64,000 nucleotides of DNA from a virus. Positions within the stretch are counted from its first letter, which is position 1. Each line of letters opens with the position of its first letter. The stretch covers positions 19,490-83,489 of IMG/VR virus record IMGVR_UViG_2887836811_000001. One strand, 5' to 3'. Position numbers and translations under genes: made by a program. Shown one piece after another: positions 55,002 through 64,000 of the stretch. The notes below the pieces were generated by a model. It was not told the origin of the DNA. It did not search any database and was given only the letters and a program-made list of their open reading frames with translations.

Positions 55002-56050
55002 CCCACCCCGCACCACCCCCGACACCCGGCCGCCACCAGCACAGACAGCACCCCCACCCAGCACCACCCCACCCAGCGACCAGGCCCCGCCCGGTCCCCA
55101 CTCCTGCACCGCTCCCGCCCAGCACCACCCCGCCCGGCCGTCAGCCCGCGCAGCGCCGACCCATGCCCGCCGCGCCCCACTCCACAGCAGGCCCAGGCCC
55201 GCCCCGACCCGGCAGGACAGAGAGAGCAGCAAGCAGGGGAGAGAGGAGAGACCGACACCCACCACCGGCCACCGCTCGACACTCACCCCGCCCCGCCCCG
55301 CCGATGCCCAGGCCCCAGCGGCCCCCACTCCTGCACCGTCCCCGCCAGTCCCGCACCCACCCCGCCTCGACACGCCCGGCGACAGGCCCCACCCCACCAG
55401 GCCCGCCCCACCCAGCCAGCCCGCCCCACCGAAGCCGGGCACCCACCCCACCACCCCGCAGAAACCCGGGAGCTAGTCCCACTCCCGCACCGCGTCCCCA
55501 TCGTGCACGCCCGCCCGGCCACACTCCCGCGCCCCGGCCGCCGCTCCTGCACCCGGTCCCCCGTCGTCCGCCCGGCATTCTGGCCTCATTCCCACCCCGT
55601 TCTGCCCCCCATCGAGGCGGCCAGAACGCCCAGCCCGGAGATAATAGGTATTATCACCGAGTCCAGACAGCCCAGATCGAGCCCGCCGGAGCCCCAGCAA
55701 CAGCCCACAGACCCCCGGGGTAGGGGGGCCGGGGTGCCGTGGAGGGAGAGTAAATCGTCCCCCAGTTATTTTTCCTGGCCCTGGGGTGGTCCCTTCCGGT
55801 TGTTTTTCCTGGCCCCCAGAAGTCCCCTGTCTTTTTCCTCGTGCTTCCGCAGGTGCAGAGGCGTGGCGGGGGAAGGATGGATTCGGCGTGTTGGTGGGAG
55901 TGGGGGCGGCCTGCGCGGGGGTGGGGGTGGGGAAGACTTATCAAGTGGAAGGTGGAGGATGCTCGGGCGCAGGGGAGGGAAGCATCTTCCGCCTTTCAAG
56001 TGAAAACCTCCCCGGGGTGGGGAGGCTGGTGGGGGTTTCTGGGTCGCGTC
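55002..56050. other. ~1-kb non-coding, strand-skewed region; possible genome end or packaging site
   Basis: C-rich up to ~55710, then G-rich; palindrome GATAATA-GG-TATTATC at 55640-55655; three TTTTTCCT. Confidence 0.45.
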
Positions 56051-56536
56051 TTACTCCACGGTGCCCCACGCCCGGAGGTACGCCACGAGGGCGGTCGTAC
56101 CGGGCCGCTCCCCTGTGGCGGTCATGATCTCCCCGGCCCTGGGATTCCTCTCCCCGTTCATGGGGCCGAGGATGGCGTACGTGCTACCAAGTGTCACTTT
56201 CGCCCACCACTGCGGCGTGGTGTACGGGATGTCGTTCAGATGGTCGTAGTGCTCGGTCCGCTCGATGTGCCGCAGGAGCAGAGACAGTTCCCCGCCGGCC
56301 TCCGCAAGGCGACCGCAGATCAGGGTGAGCACCTTCCCGTCCCCATCCTCGTCGAAGCCACACTCGTACTCGTGCAGGATGGTCACGTCGTACCCGTTCC
56401 CGGCGTCCCCCTCGAAGATCGCGTCACTGATGCGCCGCGTGTCGTACCCGTCCGGCGTGCGCCGCAGCACCTCCAGCAGTTCCGCGAGGTGGAACTCCGG
56501 TTGCCGCGCGAGGTCACTGATCTTCAGCGGCGTCAC
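56051..56536 (-). CDS. hypothetical protein
   Basis: Coupled, with host-like codon usage. Confidence 0.6.
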   Translation of the reverse strand: MTPLKISDLARQPEFHLAELLEVLRRTPDGYDTRRISDAIFEGDAGNGYDVTILHEYECGFDEDGDGKVLTLICGRLAEAGGELSLLLRHIERTEHYDHLNDIPYTTPQWWAKVTLGSTYAILGPMNGERNPRAGEIMTATGERPGTTALVAYLRAWGTVE

Positions 56537-56874
56537 TCGCTCACCCCTTTCGTGTCCACGGTGATCTTCGCGCCCTCCTGGGCCAGTTGGTGCGCGAGGT
56601 AGCGCGCTTCACCGTCCGGGAGGTTGTTGATGTGGTTCGTCAGGGTGTACCGCGCCTGCCGCGTGCGGACCTGCTCCTCGTGCTGCTCGTTCAGGGTATC
56701 CGCGAGGTCCTGCGCGAGCTGCTGGTAGTTCACACTTCCCTCGCGGAGGAACACCGCCACGAGGTTCCCGTACCGACTGGTCCCGTGGTGGTCCTTCACG
56801 GCCCAGTGTTCCGTGAAGCCCGTCTCCTTGCCGACGCGGTAGCGTTTCTCCTCGCCTTGCTGATCGTTGCTCAT
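56533..56874 (-). CDS. hypothetical protein
   Basis: GGAG RBS; coupled. Confidence 0.65.
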   Translation of the reverse strand: MSNDQQGEEKRYRVGKETGFTEHWAVKDHHGTSRYGNLVAVFLREGSVNYQQLAQDLADTLNEQHEEQVRTRQARYTLTNHINNLPDGEARYLAHQLAQEGAKITVDTKGVSE

Positions 56875-57335
56875 CGGGTCTCCAGTTCAGGGTGCTCAGC
56901 ACGCCACAGGATCAGGCGCTTGCTCACGCCCTCACGGGTACGGTTCAGGAGGGCGGCCAGGGTCGTCTGGTTGATCGTCAGGGGGTTCACGCCCACGGCC
57001 ACGAGCAGATCCAGCCCTTCGTGAATCGTCAGGGCGCGCAGCACCTGACTCGTCACGCCGCCCAGGCCCGCTTGAAGGTCAGATTCGGAAGGGTTCAACT
57101 GCCAGCCGGTGTGCGGGATCATGAACGTCTCGCTCGGAAGAAACGCCTCACGGACAGGAGCGCTCAGTGCGTTCACGCCGGGCCACGTCGCTCCAGGGAA
57201 CAGGGTGATGTTCACCGTCTCGCTCGCACCCATGACGGCGATCATGCCCTGCGTGACCGTGAACGGGAGTTCGATGCTCGGGCCGGGCCGCTGCTTGTTG
57301 TAGAGGCCACGAGGCGGAAGGTGTGGGCCGCTCAC
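56871..57335 (-). CDS. protein with C-terminal Crp-like HTH
   Basis: INQTTLAALLNRTREGVSKRL. Confidence 0.6.
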   Translation of the reverse strand: MSGPHLPPRGLYNKQRPGPSIELPFTVTQGMIAVMGASETVNITLFPGATWPGVNALSAPVREAFLPSETFMIPHTGWQLNPSESDLQAGLGGVTSQVLRALTIHEGLDLLVAVGVNPLTINQTTLAALLNRTREGVSKRLILWRAEHPELETR

Positions 57336-57664
57336 AGGGCGCCCCACGCCATCGCCGTGGCGAGGATCAGGACGAGGGTGAAGCCCCAGCGCCACCATGC
57401 CCCGCCGTGCTTGCTCGCGCTGGCGCCGACGATCAGCACGCTCAGGGCAGCGAACGCCAGGACGAACAGGATGAGGGCCACGTCAAGTGGGCGACCCTCC
57501 AGGCCCTGCGTGAACAGGAAGCCCAGCAGGAGGATGAACCCGCCGCTCTGCGCCGCCGCGCCCCGCACGTCCGGGTGCGGTTCCACCCGCGCGCCGTAGC
57601 AGCACGCGCCGAACAGGAAGATCGCCAGGAGCAGGGGGGTGTAAGTCAGGATGGTGTGCAGCAT
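57332..57664 (-). CDS. 4-TM membrane protein
   Basis: Four hydrophobic stretches. Confidence 0.65.
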   Translation of the reverse strand: MLHTILTYTPLLLAIFLFGACCYGARVEPHPDVRGAAAQSGGFILLLGFLFTQGLEGRPLDVALILFVLAFAALSVLIVGASASKHGGAWWRWGFTLVLILATAMAWGAL

Positions 57665-58245
57665 CAGAAGTCCCCTTCGTGGGTGAGTTCGACGTACTTC
57701 GCGCGCCAGTAGGGTTCCGCGATTTCCGGGTGTTCCGTCAGGATGTTCAGCAGTTCGCCGTGCGGGACGGTCGTGTCGGGCAAGTCCGCCGTCCAGGCGC
57801 CGGTCGCGCTGCACTCGAAGATCAGTTCCCCCTCGATCCGCAGGGCCTGCAGGTCGGCATATTTGACGGCGGCCCAGTCCTCCTGCGTGAACACGTGGTT
57901 GGGCGCGAGGGCGGCCAGGGCGGCGGCCTGCACGCAGTCCTCGATGACGCGGTACTCCAGCAGCATCGCCTTCAGGGGAGCGGGGCAATCCCCGACGAGC
58001 GATTCATGCGCGTCGTGCAGCAGGCCCAGCAGGACGACGTGGCGCCCGCAACCCTGCGCGGAGAGCAGGTGAGCGACGAGGAGGCTGTGCGCCGCGACAC
58101 TCAGGGGCGCAGCCGTCAGGCCGTGCCCGAGGAAACGCGGCATGCGCGCCAGACTCTGCGCGATCACGTCGGGCGCGAACACACGCGGATTCGCCGTGGG
58201 GTTGGTGTAGTCGAAGGGGCCAGCGGCCGTGTCAATCCAGGTCAT
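57664..58245 (-). CDS. HD-domain phosphohydrolase (YfbR/5'-deoxynucleotidase-like)
   Basis: RFLGH, SVAAHS, LLHDAHESLVGD, VKYADL. Confidence 0.8.
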   Translation of the reverse strand: MTWIDTAAGPFDYTNPTANPRVFAPDVIAQSLARMPRFLGHGLTAAPLSVAAHSLLVAHLLSAQGCGRHVVLLGLLHDAHESLVGDCPAPLKAMLLEYRVIEDCVQAAALAALAPNHVFTQEDWAAVKYADLQALRIEGELIFECSATGAWTADLPDTTVPHGELLNILTEHPEIAEPYWRAKYVELTHEGDF

Positions 58246-58258
58246 GAGGGTGCTCCTT

Positions 58259-58987
58259 TCAGTGCGCGTAGGGCGAGCGGGGAAGTGCTGAATCAGCGAC
58301 TGGGGGTCTCCAGATAGGCGTGAGACGGTAGTACCGAACGGGGTCGCCAAACTTCTCAGTCAGTGAGCGCGGACGGCGGCGGTAGCTTTCAAGGCGCCCG
58401 GACTGCTCGAACCGGTGGACGAGGACTTTCACGACGTCCCACGGGACATCCAGCGCGCGCTGGATGTCCCGCCCCGAGAGGGCCGCGAAGGTCAGCAGCA
58501 GGTCGTGCACGCGGGTCCAGAACAGGAGGGGGTGGCCGAACACGCGCGAGCCTTCAGCCGTGATGCGGTACAGCAGGAGCGTTTTGTGCTGGGGCGTACC
58601 CCGCACGCTGAGCCAGCCATGCCGGGCGAGGGCGGCGAGATTCTCGTAGTGGTGCCCGTACCCGAGGGCCTTGCGGACCTCGCTGGCGCGGCGTTCACGC
58701 CCATCCAGCATCAGCCGCATGACGTTGAACATCCGCCGGCCCTGCCGTTCCCGTAGGGGCTCGTGCGCCGCGCCAAAGCGGGCCACGTCTCCTGTCAGCG
58801 CGCCCGCGTCGAGAAGGCGGCGAATCAGGGGCCGCAAGGCCATTTCCTCGGGAAACAGGCCCTGCGCGGCGAGCAGGTTCAGCGCGTCCGGCACGGTAAC
58901 GAACTGGCCGGACTCCTCCAGTTCATCCAGTAGTGCATACCTCACGCGCCGGATCTCCGCGCGCTGCTCAGGTGTGACCGGGGGCAT
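58259..58987 (-). CDS. multi-winged-helix DNA-binding protein
   Basis: Repeated wHTH-like segments (LARHGWL...YRIT; FEQSGRL...YYRL). Confidence 0.6.
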   Translation of the reverse strand: MPPVTPEQRAEIRRVRYALLDELEESGQFVTVPDALNLLAAQGLFPEEMALRPLIRRLLDAGALTGDVARFGAAHEPLRERQGRRMFNVMRLMLDGRERRASEVRKALGYGHHYENLAALARHGWLSVRGTPQHKTLLLYRITAEGSRVFGHPLLFWTRVHDLLLTFAALSGRDIQRALDVPWDVVKVLVHRFEQSGRLESYRRRPRSLTEKFGDPVRYYRLTPIWRPPVADSALPRSPYAH

Positions 58988-58989
58988 GG

Positions 58990-60186
58990 TCAGTCGCCTC
59001 CCAGCAGCACCGGCTGCCGCGCACGGACGGTCGCCTGAGCGTGCGCGACACGCTGCCGCGCGATCTGCACGTACTCCTCCGAGAGGTCAATGCCGACGAA
59101 CCCGAACCCCTCCAGAATGGCCGCCTTGCCCGTCGAGCCGCTCCCCATGAACGGATCGAGCACCACCCCACCCGGCGGCGTCACGAGACGGCACAAGTGC
59201 CGCATCAGATCAGTCGGCTTCACGGTGTTGTGATGGTTGCCGTTCCGAGCCTGCCAGTCGGCATCCTCCCGGTCACGCATGGTCGCGCCCTCCCGCACGG
59301 CCGGGGCGTCGCTCCCACCCACGCCCTCGTTCCGGTCGCGCCTGCTCGCCTTGCTGCAGTAGAAAAACCGCGCGGCGCTGCCACTGTCGCTCCCTGGGAA
59401 CAGGGCCAGCACCTCGTCGGACCCGTCATGAATCAAGTTCGCGGGCCAGCGGCCGGACGCGGGCATAAACTTGCGCTCAGCCATACCAAAGGAAAGCTGT
59501 CGCCGTCCACCCTGCGTGACCGTTAAATCGTGATAATCCGCTCCGCTTTCCACCCGGCACCCGTCGATGTTCAGTCCGCCCGCACCCCACTGCTGCACGT
59601 TCGCGGCGACCGTGCCGGTCAGGGGCTTGCGCGCCACGGTGATCGGTTCCAGGCTCGGCTTCAGCGCCGTGCCCCAGCCCGCCCACTGCTGTGCCTCGGG
59701 GGTCGCGGGCGCCGTGTCTAGTTTTGGCTGCTTCGCCTCGACTTTCGCTCGCGAACTTGGTCGATCCCACCCGTCAGATACAGGTGCGTAATGGCCGGCG
59801 GTGCCGTCTGCGTAGACCCGAACACCAATCACTTCCCTTTCCGCGCCTGCCTTCTTGTCGAGCGCCTTGCTGATGTCCAGAGACTTCGGCATTCCGCTCC
59901 CGTACACCCAGGCGATCATGTCCCTGATCTCGAATCCGGCGTCCTCGATGCGGACGGCCATGCGGTGCTGCGTGCGGGTGCCCGCGAACGCGAGGAGGTG
60001 CCCGCCGGGTTTCAGGACGCGCAGGCACTCGCGCCATATGTCCTCGCTGGGCACGTCGTAATCCCACTTCTTCCCCATGAACGCGAGGCCATACGGGGGG
60101 TCCGTCACGACAGAATCGACACTGTTATCCGGCAGGGTGCGCAGGACGTCCAGGCAGTCGCCGTGGTGAAGATCCACGCGCTTCAC
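58990..60186 (-). CDS. DNA amino-methyltransferase (N6A/N4C, beta class)
   Basis: VTDPPY precedes HNTVKP and LDPFMGSGSTG. Confidence 0.9.
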   Translation of the reverse strand: MKRVDLHHGDCLDVLRTLPDNSVDSVVTDPPYGLAFMGKKWDYDVPSEDIWRECLRVLKPGGHLLAFAGTRTQHRMAVRIEDAGFEIRDMIAWVYGSGMPKSLDISKALDKKAGAEREVIGVRVYADGTAGHYAPVSDGWDRPSSRAKVEAKQPKLDTAPATPEAQQWAGWGTALKPSLEPITVARKPLTGTVAANVQQWGAGGLNIDGCRVESGADYHDLTVTQGGRRQLSFGMAERKFMPASGRWPANLIHDGSDEVLALFPGSDSGSAARFFYCSKASRRDRNEGVGGSDAPAVREGATMRDREDADWQARNGNHHNTVKPTDLMRHLCRLVTPPGGVVLDPFMGSGSTGKAAILEGFGFVGIDLSEEYVQIARQRVAHAQATVRARQPVLLGGD

Positions 60187-60638
60187 GCCTCAGCCTCGCC
60201 AGTGCCGAGAAGGCGGTTGCGGTGGTTGTTCGTCTTGATGCGGCTCAGGCTGAGCAGCGCCCCTGCCACGGCGTCGGGCGTCAGGGTGAAGTGATGCCCG
60301 AACAGGCGCGTGGCGCGCTGAATGCGGTCCGTGCCGCTGCCGTGCGGGAGGAGCTGCGCGGTCACGAACGCCACGGCGATCTTCACGGTGCGGGCGTTGC
60401 TCTCGACGCTCTGCAGGCGGCTGTCCGCGAGCGTGTGGGGGATGACGTGCCCGAGTTCCTCCCGCACGGTGTCCGGCAGGGCGTCCAGTCCGGGCCAGAG
60501 GCCACCGGCGGGAATGACGACGCTCGCGTGCGCCCCCTGGATGATCAGTGCGCCGCGCTGCACGCTGATCGGCTGCCGGATCTCCTCCAGGGTCGGTGCG
60601 GGCGGCGTGGGCCGGTAGACACGGCGGGCGTCGGTCAC
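60183..60638 (-). CDS. hypothetical protein
   Basis: GTGA coupling. Confidence 0.55.
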   Translation of the reverse strand: MTDARRVYRPTPPAPTLEEIRQPISVQRGALIIQGAHASVVIPAGGLWPGLDALPDTVREELGHVIPHTLADSRLQSVESNARTVKIAVAFVTAQLLPHGSGTDRIQRATRLFGHHFTLTPDAVAGALLSLSRIKTNNHRNRLLGTGEAEA

Positions 60639-61201
60639 AGCAGGCCCTCGACCGTCATCATGCTCTGCATCCCTGCGGGCCGGGCGCGGCATACGGTGGG
60701 CTTCACGACCTGGCCGTTCGGGAGTTGCACGGCGACGTCCGTGATGCGGGTCACGCCGTCCGGGTAGCGGACCGCGACTTCACCCCGGGTGCGCCAGCCG
60801 TTCTCACCCACGGGTTCGATCTCGTAGGGCGCGAGGGCGAACTCGATGAGGCCGCTCTCGTGCTGGATGACGGGGCGGGTGCCCTGGCCGTTCCAGCCGG
60901 TGATCTGCTCGTCGGGGAGGCCCAGCACGAGCCGCGCGAGGTCCAGGGCGGCGCCGTCGCGGGGGTCGGTGTCGAGGATCTGGCGGGCGAGGAGTTGCGC
61001 GCGGTTGAACTGGTAGGGGGTGACGACGCCGATTTCCGCGCGGAACGTGCCGCCGTCCTGGGTGGTGGTGACGTGCGCGAAGGTGTCGCTCAGCACCTGC
61101 TGACGCACCATCTGGCGCATCGTCTGTTCGACGTGCTCCCGGGCGTCGTCGGGCAGGTGGGTGATGGTGGGGTGGCGGGCAGTGCGGTGAATCAAGCGCA
61201 T
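60635..61201 (-). CDS. hypothetical protein
   Basis: GGAG RBS; host-like codon usage. Confidence 0.65.
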   Translation of the reverse strand: MRLIHRTARHPTITHLPDDAREHVEQTMRQMVRQQVLSDTFAHVTTTQDGGTFRAEIGVVTPYQFNRAQLLARQILDTDPRDGAALDLARLVLGLPDEQITGWNGQGTRPVIQHESGLIEFALAPYEIEPVGENGWRTRGEVAVRYPDGVTRITDVAVQLPNGQVVKPTVCRARPAGMQSMMTVEGLL

Positions 61202-61286
61202 GGGGTCTCCGGGGGTGCAGAAGGGGGCGGCGGCGTACTGGACGCGCCGCCCCGGGGTGGTGAGGGTCAGGGGTGGAAGGAGTCGG

Positions 61287-62180
61287 TCACGAGCGGGCCA
61301 GCGCGCCGCGCAGCACGAGCGGGAAGGAGCGCTCGCAGTCCTCGACGATGCTGTTCAGCGCGGCCTCCTGCGCGGCCACCACGTCGTTGTGCACGGCGGT
61401 CAGGGTGAAGCGCGGGTCGCCGTCGTTGGGGTCGACTTCCAGCACGACCTTGATCGCGTGGCGCTGGTCGCGCAGTTCCCGCAGGTCGTACACGGGGACG
61501 TTCAGGGTGATCTCGTCGGGCAGGCTGCCCTGGCCGTTCTGGGTGCGTACGGCCTGCGTGACGCTGCGGCCCAGGCCGCTGTCGCCGTTGCTCACGACGC
61601 TCGTGCCCTTGCTGGCCCCGTCGATCTGGAGGGCGCGCAGGATGTTCAGGGTGCTGTCGTCAATGAAGCCCGCGAGGGTCGTGCGCAGCAGGCGGATCAG
61701 CGCGCGGTGCCCGTACTCCTGGGGTTTGCGCATGGCCGCGACCATCTCGAAGGCGGGGTGCAGGGTCAGGGGGAGGGTGTGCGTCCAGCGGTCCATGACC
61801 TGCCAGCCGGTGAAGGCGTCCACACTCACGCGGTCCAGGGCCTCGCCGTCCGGCTGAGGGGCGGGTTCACCCACGACCTCGTGCAGTGGCGTGCCTGCCT
61901 TGTTGTCCCCCTCGTCCTGAATGACTTCGTTGTCGTCGTTCATGATCAGCGCGACCTGCGTGCCGCTGACGAGGATGGCGCGGGCGTGGCTGCCCCGGGC
62001 GACGATCAGGAGGCTGCTCAGGTCGCCCAGGGTGGTCTGCGCAGGCGCGGTGGGCATTTCGATGATCTCGTCGACGCCGTTGACGTTCACGAGGTAGGTG
62101 TGCTGCTCCAGCTTCTGCACTTTCTTGGCGCTGGCGTCCTCGACGAGCTTGCGCAGGTCCGGGATGTTGAAGTCACTCAT
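61287..62180 (-). CDS. YfdQ/DUF2303-like protein
   Basis: SLPDEITLNVPVY segment; paired with the upstream small gene as in yfdP-yfdQ. Confidence 0.5.
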   Translation of the reverse strand: MSDFNIPDLRKLVEDASAKKVQKLEQHTYLVNVNGVDEIIEMPTAPAQTTLGDLSSLLIVARGSHARAILVSGTQVALIMNDDNEVIQDEGDNKAGTPLHEVVGEPAPQPDGEALDRVSVDAFTGWQVMDRWTHTLPLTLHPAFEMVAAMRKPQEYGHRALIRLLRTTLAGFIDDSTLNILRALQIDGASKGTSVVSNGDSGLGRSVTQAVRTQNGQGSLPDEITLNVPVYDLRELRDQRHAIKVVLEVDPNDGDPRFTLTAVHNDVVAAQEAALNSIVEDCERSFPLVLRGALARS

Positions 62181-62526
62181 GGTGGTCCTCGTCGAAGATG
62201 GGCGTGGGGGCTTCGGGGATGATCAGCTGGGGCTGGCCGGTGTCCTTGTCGCGCTTGATGGTCATGGGCTGCTTGCGCGTGGCGGCTTTGGGCACGCTGA
62301 GCTTGCTCGTGGCAGTCACCGTCATGGTGGTGTCGCTCAGTCCGCCTTCCCCTTCGGGGGTGATGGTCAGTTCGATGACGACCTTGCGGGCGGTCTTGAG
62401 GCCGGGGCGGTCCTCGCAGTCCTTGATGGCCTGCTCGATGTCGCGGTCGACCTTGATGCCGAAGCCGCCTTCGCTGAGGGTGTGCAGGGAGCCGAGGTTC
62501 AGGATGTTCGGGGGTGCTTTTGCCAT
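62173..62526 (-). CDS. YfdP-like protein
   Basis: LHTLSEG...ARKVVIELTITP...SKLSVPK. Confidence 0.5.
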   Translation of the reverse strand: MAKAPPNILNLGSLHTLSEGGFGIKVDRDIEQAIKDCEDRPGLKTARKVVIELTITPEGEGGLSDTTMTVTATSKLSVPKAATRKQPMTIKRDKDTGQPQLIIPEAPTPIFDEDHHE

Positions 62527-62537
62527 GGGGGCCTCCG

Positions 62538-62750
62538 TTAGGCGAGCTGCGCGCAGCGTTTGCAGGTCTTGAAGCGGCGGGGGGTGGGGATGACGGTGCC
62601 GGTGAAGCCCTGGTCCTTGTTCACGGCGATCCCGCAGGCGGGCATCCCGCCTCGGAACATGTGGAGGCGGTAGTCGCGCTGCTCTCCGGTGTGCTCGATG
62701 AACTTCCAGGTGTCGGAGTTACGGCTGGGCCTTGAACCACTTGCTGACAT
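62538..62750 (-). CDS. small Zn-finger-like protein
   Basis: H...ACG...TCKRC. Confidence 0.55.
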   Translation of the reverse strand: MSASGSRPSRNSDTWKFIEHTGEQRDYRLHMFRGGMPACGIAVNKDQGFTGTVIPTPRRFKTCKRCAQLA

Positions 62751-63225
62751 GGACGCTCCTTGTAGATTCCAGGCTGGGCGCGGCGTCGGGCGGCTCGGGG
62801 ATGCGGAGCGTGGCCTTCAGGTGCCGGGCGAGGTCATCCGGGTGGTTCACGAAGTGCGAGGCTCGCGCGAGGGCGGTGTACGACACGCGGCGCAGCACGG
62901 CGCGGTTGAAGCCGGCGGCGACGGCCGCTTCGAGGACGCGCAGGGCGTCGTGGTAGCGGGTCGCGGTGCGTTCGGTGACGCCGCAGGCGTACAGGAACTG
63001 GGGGCGGGTCACGTGGGGGCGCAGGTGCTCATAGGCGCGGTGGTGCAGGAGGAACAGCAGTTCCTCGGCCCACTGATCCCACGCTTCGCCGTCCCGGGTG
63101 GGGCGCGGCTTGCTGGCGAGTCGTTTGGCGCGGCGGGCGAGTCTGGGGTCGTGATCGGGGCCGTGAGCGGCCTCCACGTCCCGGCGGATGTGCGCGGGGA
63201 TGCGGGGGTCGTTCGTGTGTGCCAC
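62719..63225 (-). CDS. hypothetical protein, first gene of second leftward operon
   Basis: Leaderless GTG 7 nt after TACAAT. Confidence 0.6.
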   Translation of the reverse strand: MAHTNDPRIPAHIRRDVEAAHGPDHDPRLARRAKRLASKPRPTRDGEAWDQWAEELLFLLHHRAYEHLRPHVTRPQFLYACGVTERTATRYHDALRVLEAAVAAGFNRAVLRRVSYTALARASHFVNHPDDLARHLKATLRIPEPPDAAPSLESTRSVHVSKWFKAQP

Positions 63226-63232
63226 GCCACGC

Positions 63233-63275
63233 ATTGTAACTATCGGTGACAATCCCTGTCAAATGGGGTTACAAT
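63233..63275. promoter_or_regulatory. divergent promoters with two operator copies
   Basis: ATTGTAAC-TATCG-GTGACAAT at 63233-63253 and a degenerate CCTGTCAA-N5-GTTACAAT at 63255-63275; minus-strand TTGACA-N18-TACAAT. Confidence 0.75.
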
Positions 63276-63373
63276 CGGAAGTGGCCTTATTCCTGGGAAA
63301 GTGCCGGAAATAAGGCAGCGCACACGTCCCGCCTGTGCTATTCCGGTACTGGCGAAACAGGAGGCTCAACCAT

Positions 63374-64000
63374 ATGGATTCCGGGAACGCGCAGCGCGCG
63401 ACACTCACCACCCTGCTCGCCCAGCACAACGGCAATTTCCCCCTCGCGTACCAGGCGCTCGCGCAGCAGTTCGGTGACCTTACCGTCCCGGAGGCGACTG
63501 CGATCAACTGGGCCGCGCAACTCCCCCCCTCCGAACTGGGCAGTGAGGCCAACCACCAGCTCCAGCACTTCATCAGGACCGGCGAGGCGCCCAGCGGGCA
63601 GATCCTCACGCGCCGCATGACCCGCGAGGACATGCAGGGCGCCGCCTCGGATCTGGAGGCCGGCGCCCTGCGCCTGCTGACGGACGTGATGAACGACACC
63701 AAGCAGGAACGCTTCGACGGCAAGACCCGCGCGAGCACGGCCGTGAAGGTCGTGGAGATGTTCGGCACGGCCGACAAGACGCGCGGCGGCACCAGCCCGG
63801 GCCGGCAGGCCCACCAGAACGCCCCGCAGGTGCAGCACACCTTCGGGGCGCTCCCGGACCGGATGGTGGTCACGCAGTACCTGCGCGAAGGCGAGGACGC
63901 CGACCGGCTGGCCGACTGGCTCGCGGCGGCCGATCCGAGCCTCGCGCAGATCAACGGGGAATTCGTGCGGCGCAACCTGCAACTCATGCACAAGCGCGGC
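63374..64000 (+). CDS. probable terminase small subunit (3' end outside window)
   Basis: AGGAGG RBS, ATG at 63374, frame open to the window end; ALRLLTDVM...RASTAVKVVEMFG helix pattern; same strand as the portal gene. Confidence 0.5.
   Translation, partial: MDSGNAQRATLTTLLAQHNGNFPLAYQALAQQFGDLTVPEATAINWAAQLPPSELGSEANHQLQHFIRTGEAPSGQILTRRMTREDMQGAASDLEAGALRLLTDVMNDTKQERFDGKTRASTAVKVVEMFGTADKTRGGTSPGRQAHQNAPQVQHTFGALPDRMVVTQYLREGEDADRLADWLAAADPSLAQINGEFVRRNLQLMHKRG

Noticed and set aside
55002..56050. Pro/Gly/Arg-rich ORFs in the skewed region (also 46470-47050)
   Set aside because: They are low-complexity translations in several frames with no codon bias, so the regions are treated as non-coding.
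1..64000. tRNA or rRNA genes
   Set aside because: No cloverleaf or rRNA-like segment was recognised by eye; tRNAscan was not run.

Overview
The window is a near-complete, high-GC temperate siphovirus genome. The host is almost certainly Deinococcus, based on a near-orthologous DdrA and many leaderless TAnnnT-N6/7-start promoters. It probably persists as a phage-plasmid, because it carries ParA plus an RHH partition protein, a small tyrosine recombinase sharing the parS-like repeats, and no host genes. Layout: portal 3' end, head, tail and lysis genes (1-25.7 kb, + strand); a leftward early operon with ddrA (26-31.6 kb); partition, immunity, replication and methylase genes plus a rightward operon (31.6-44.5 kb); the recombinase; a compositionally distinct ~9 kb minus-strand block with repeated promoters and a 1515-aa multidomain protein (46.5-55.8 kb); a second leftward operon (56-63.2 kb); and the start of a probable small terminase. 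The most striking observation is in the head module. Scaffold, decoration protein and major capsid protein all carry an in-register hydrophobic N-terminal leader ending in RG-[E/D], and the gene in the prohead-protease position looks like a papain-fold C39-type peptidase (Q8-x5-C14, H102, D121). This suggests a leader-peptide-based capsid maturation system. All family calls come from reading motifs by eye; no database searches were run.
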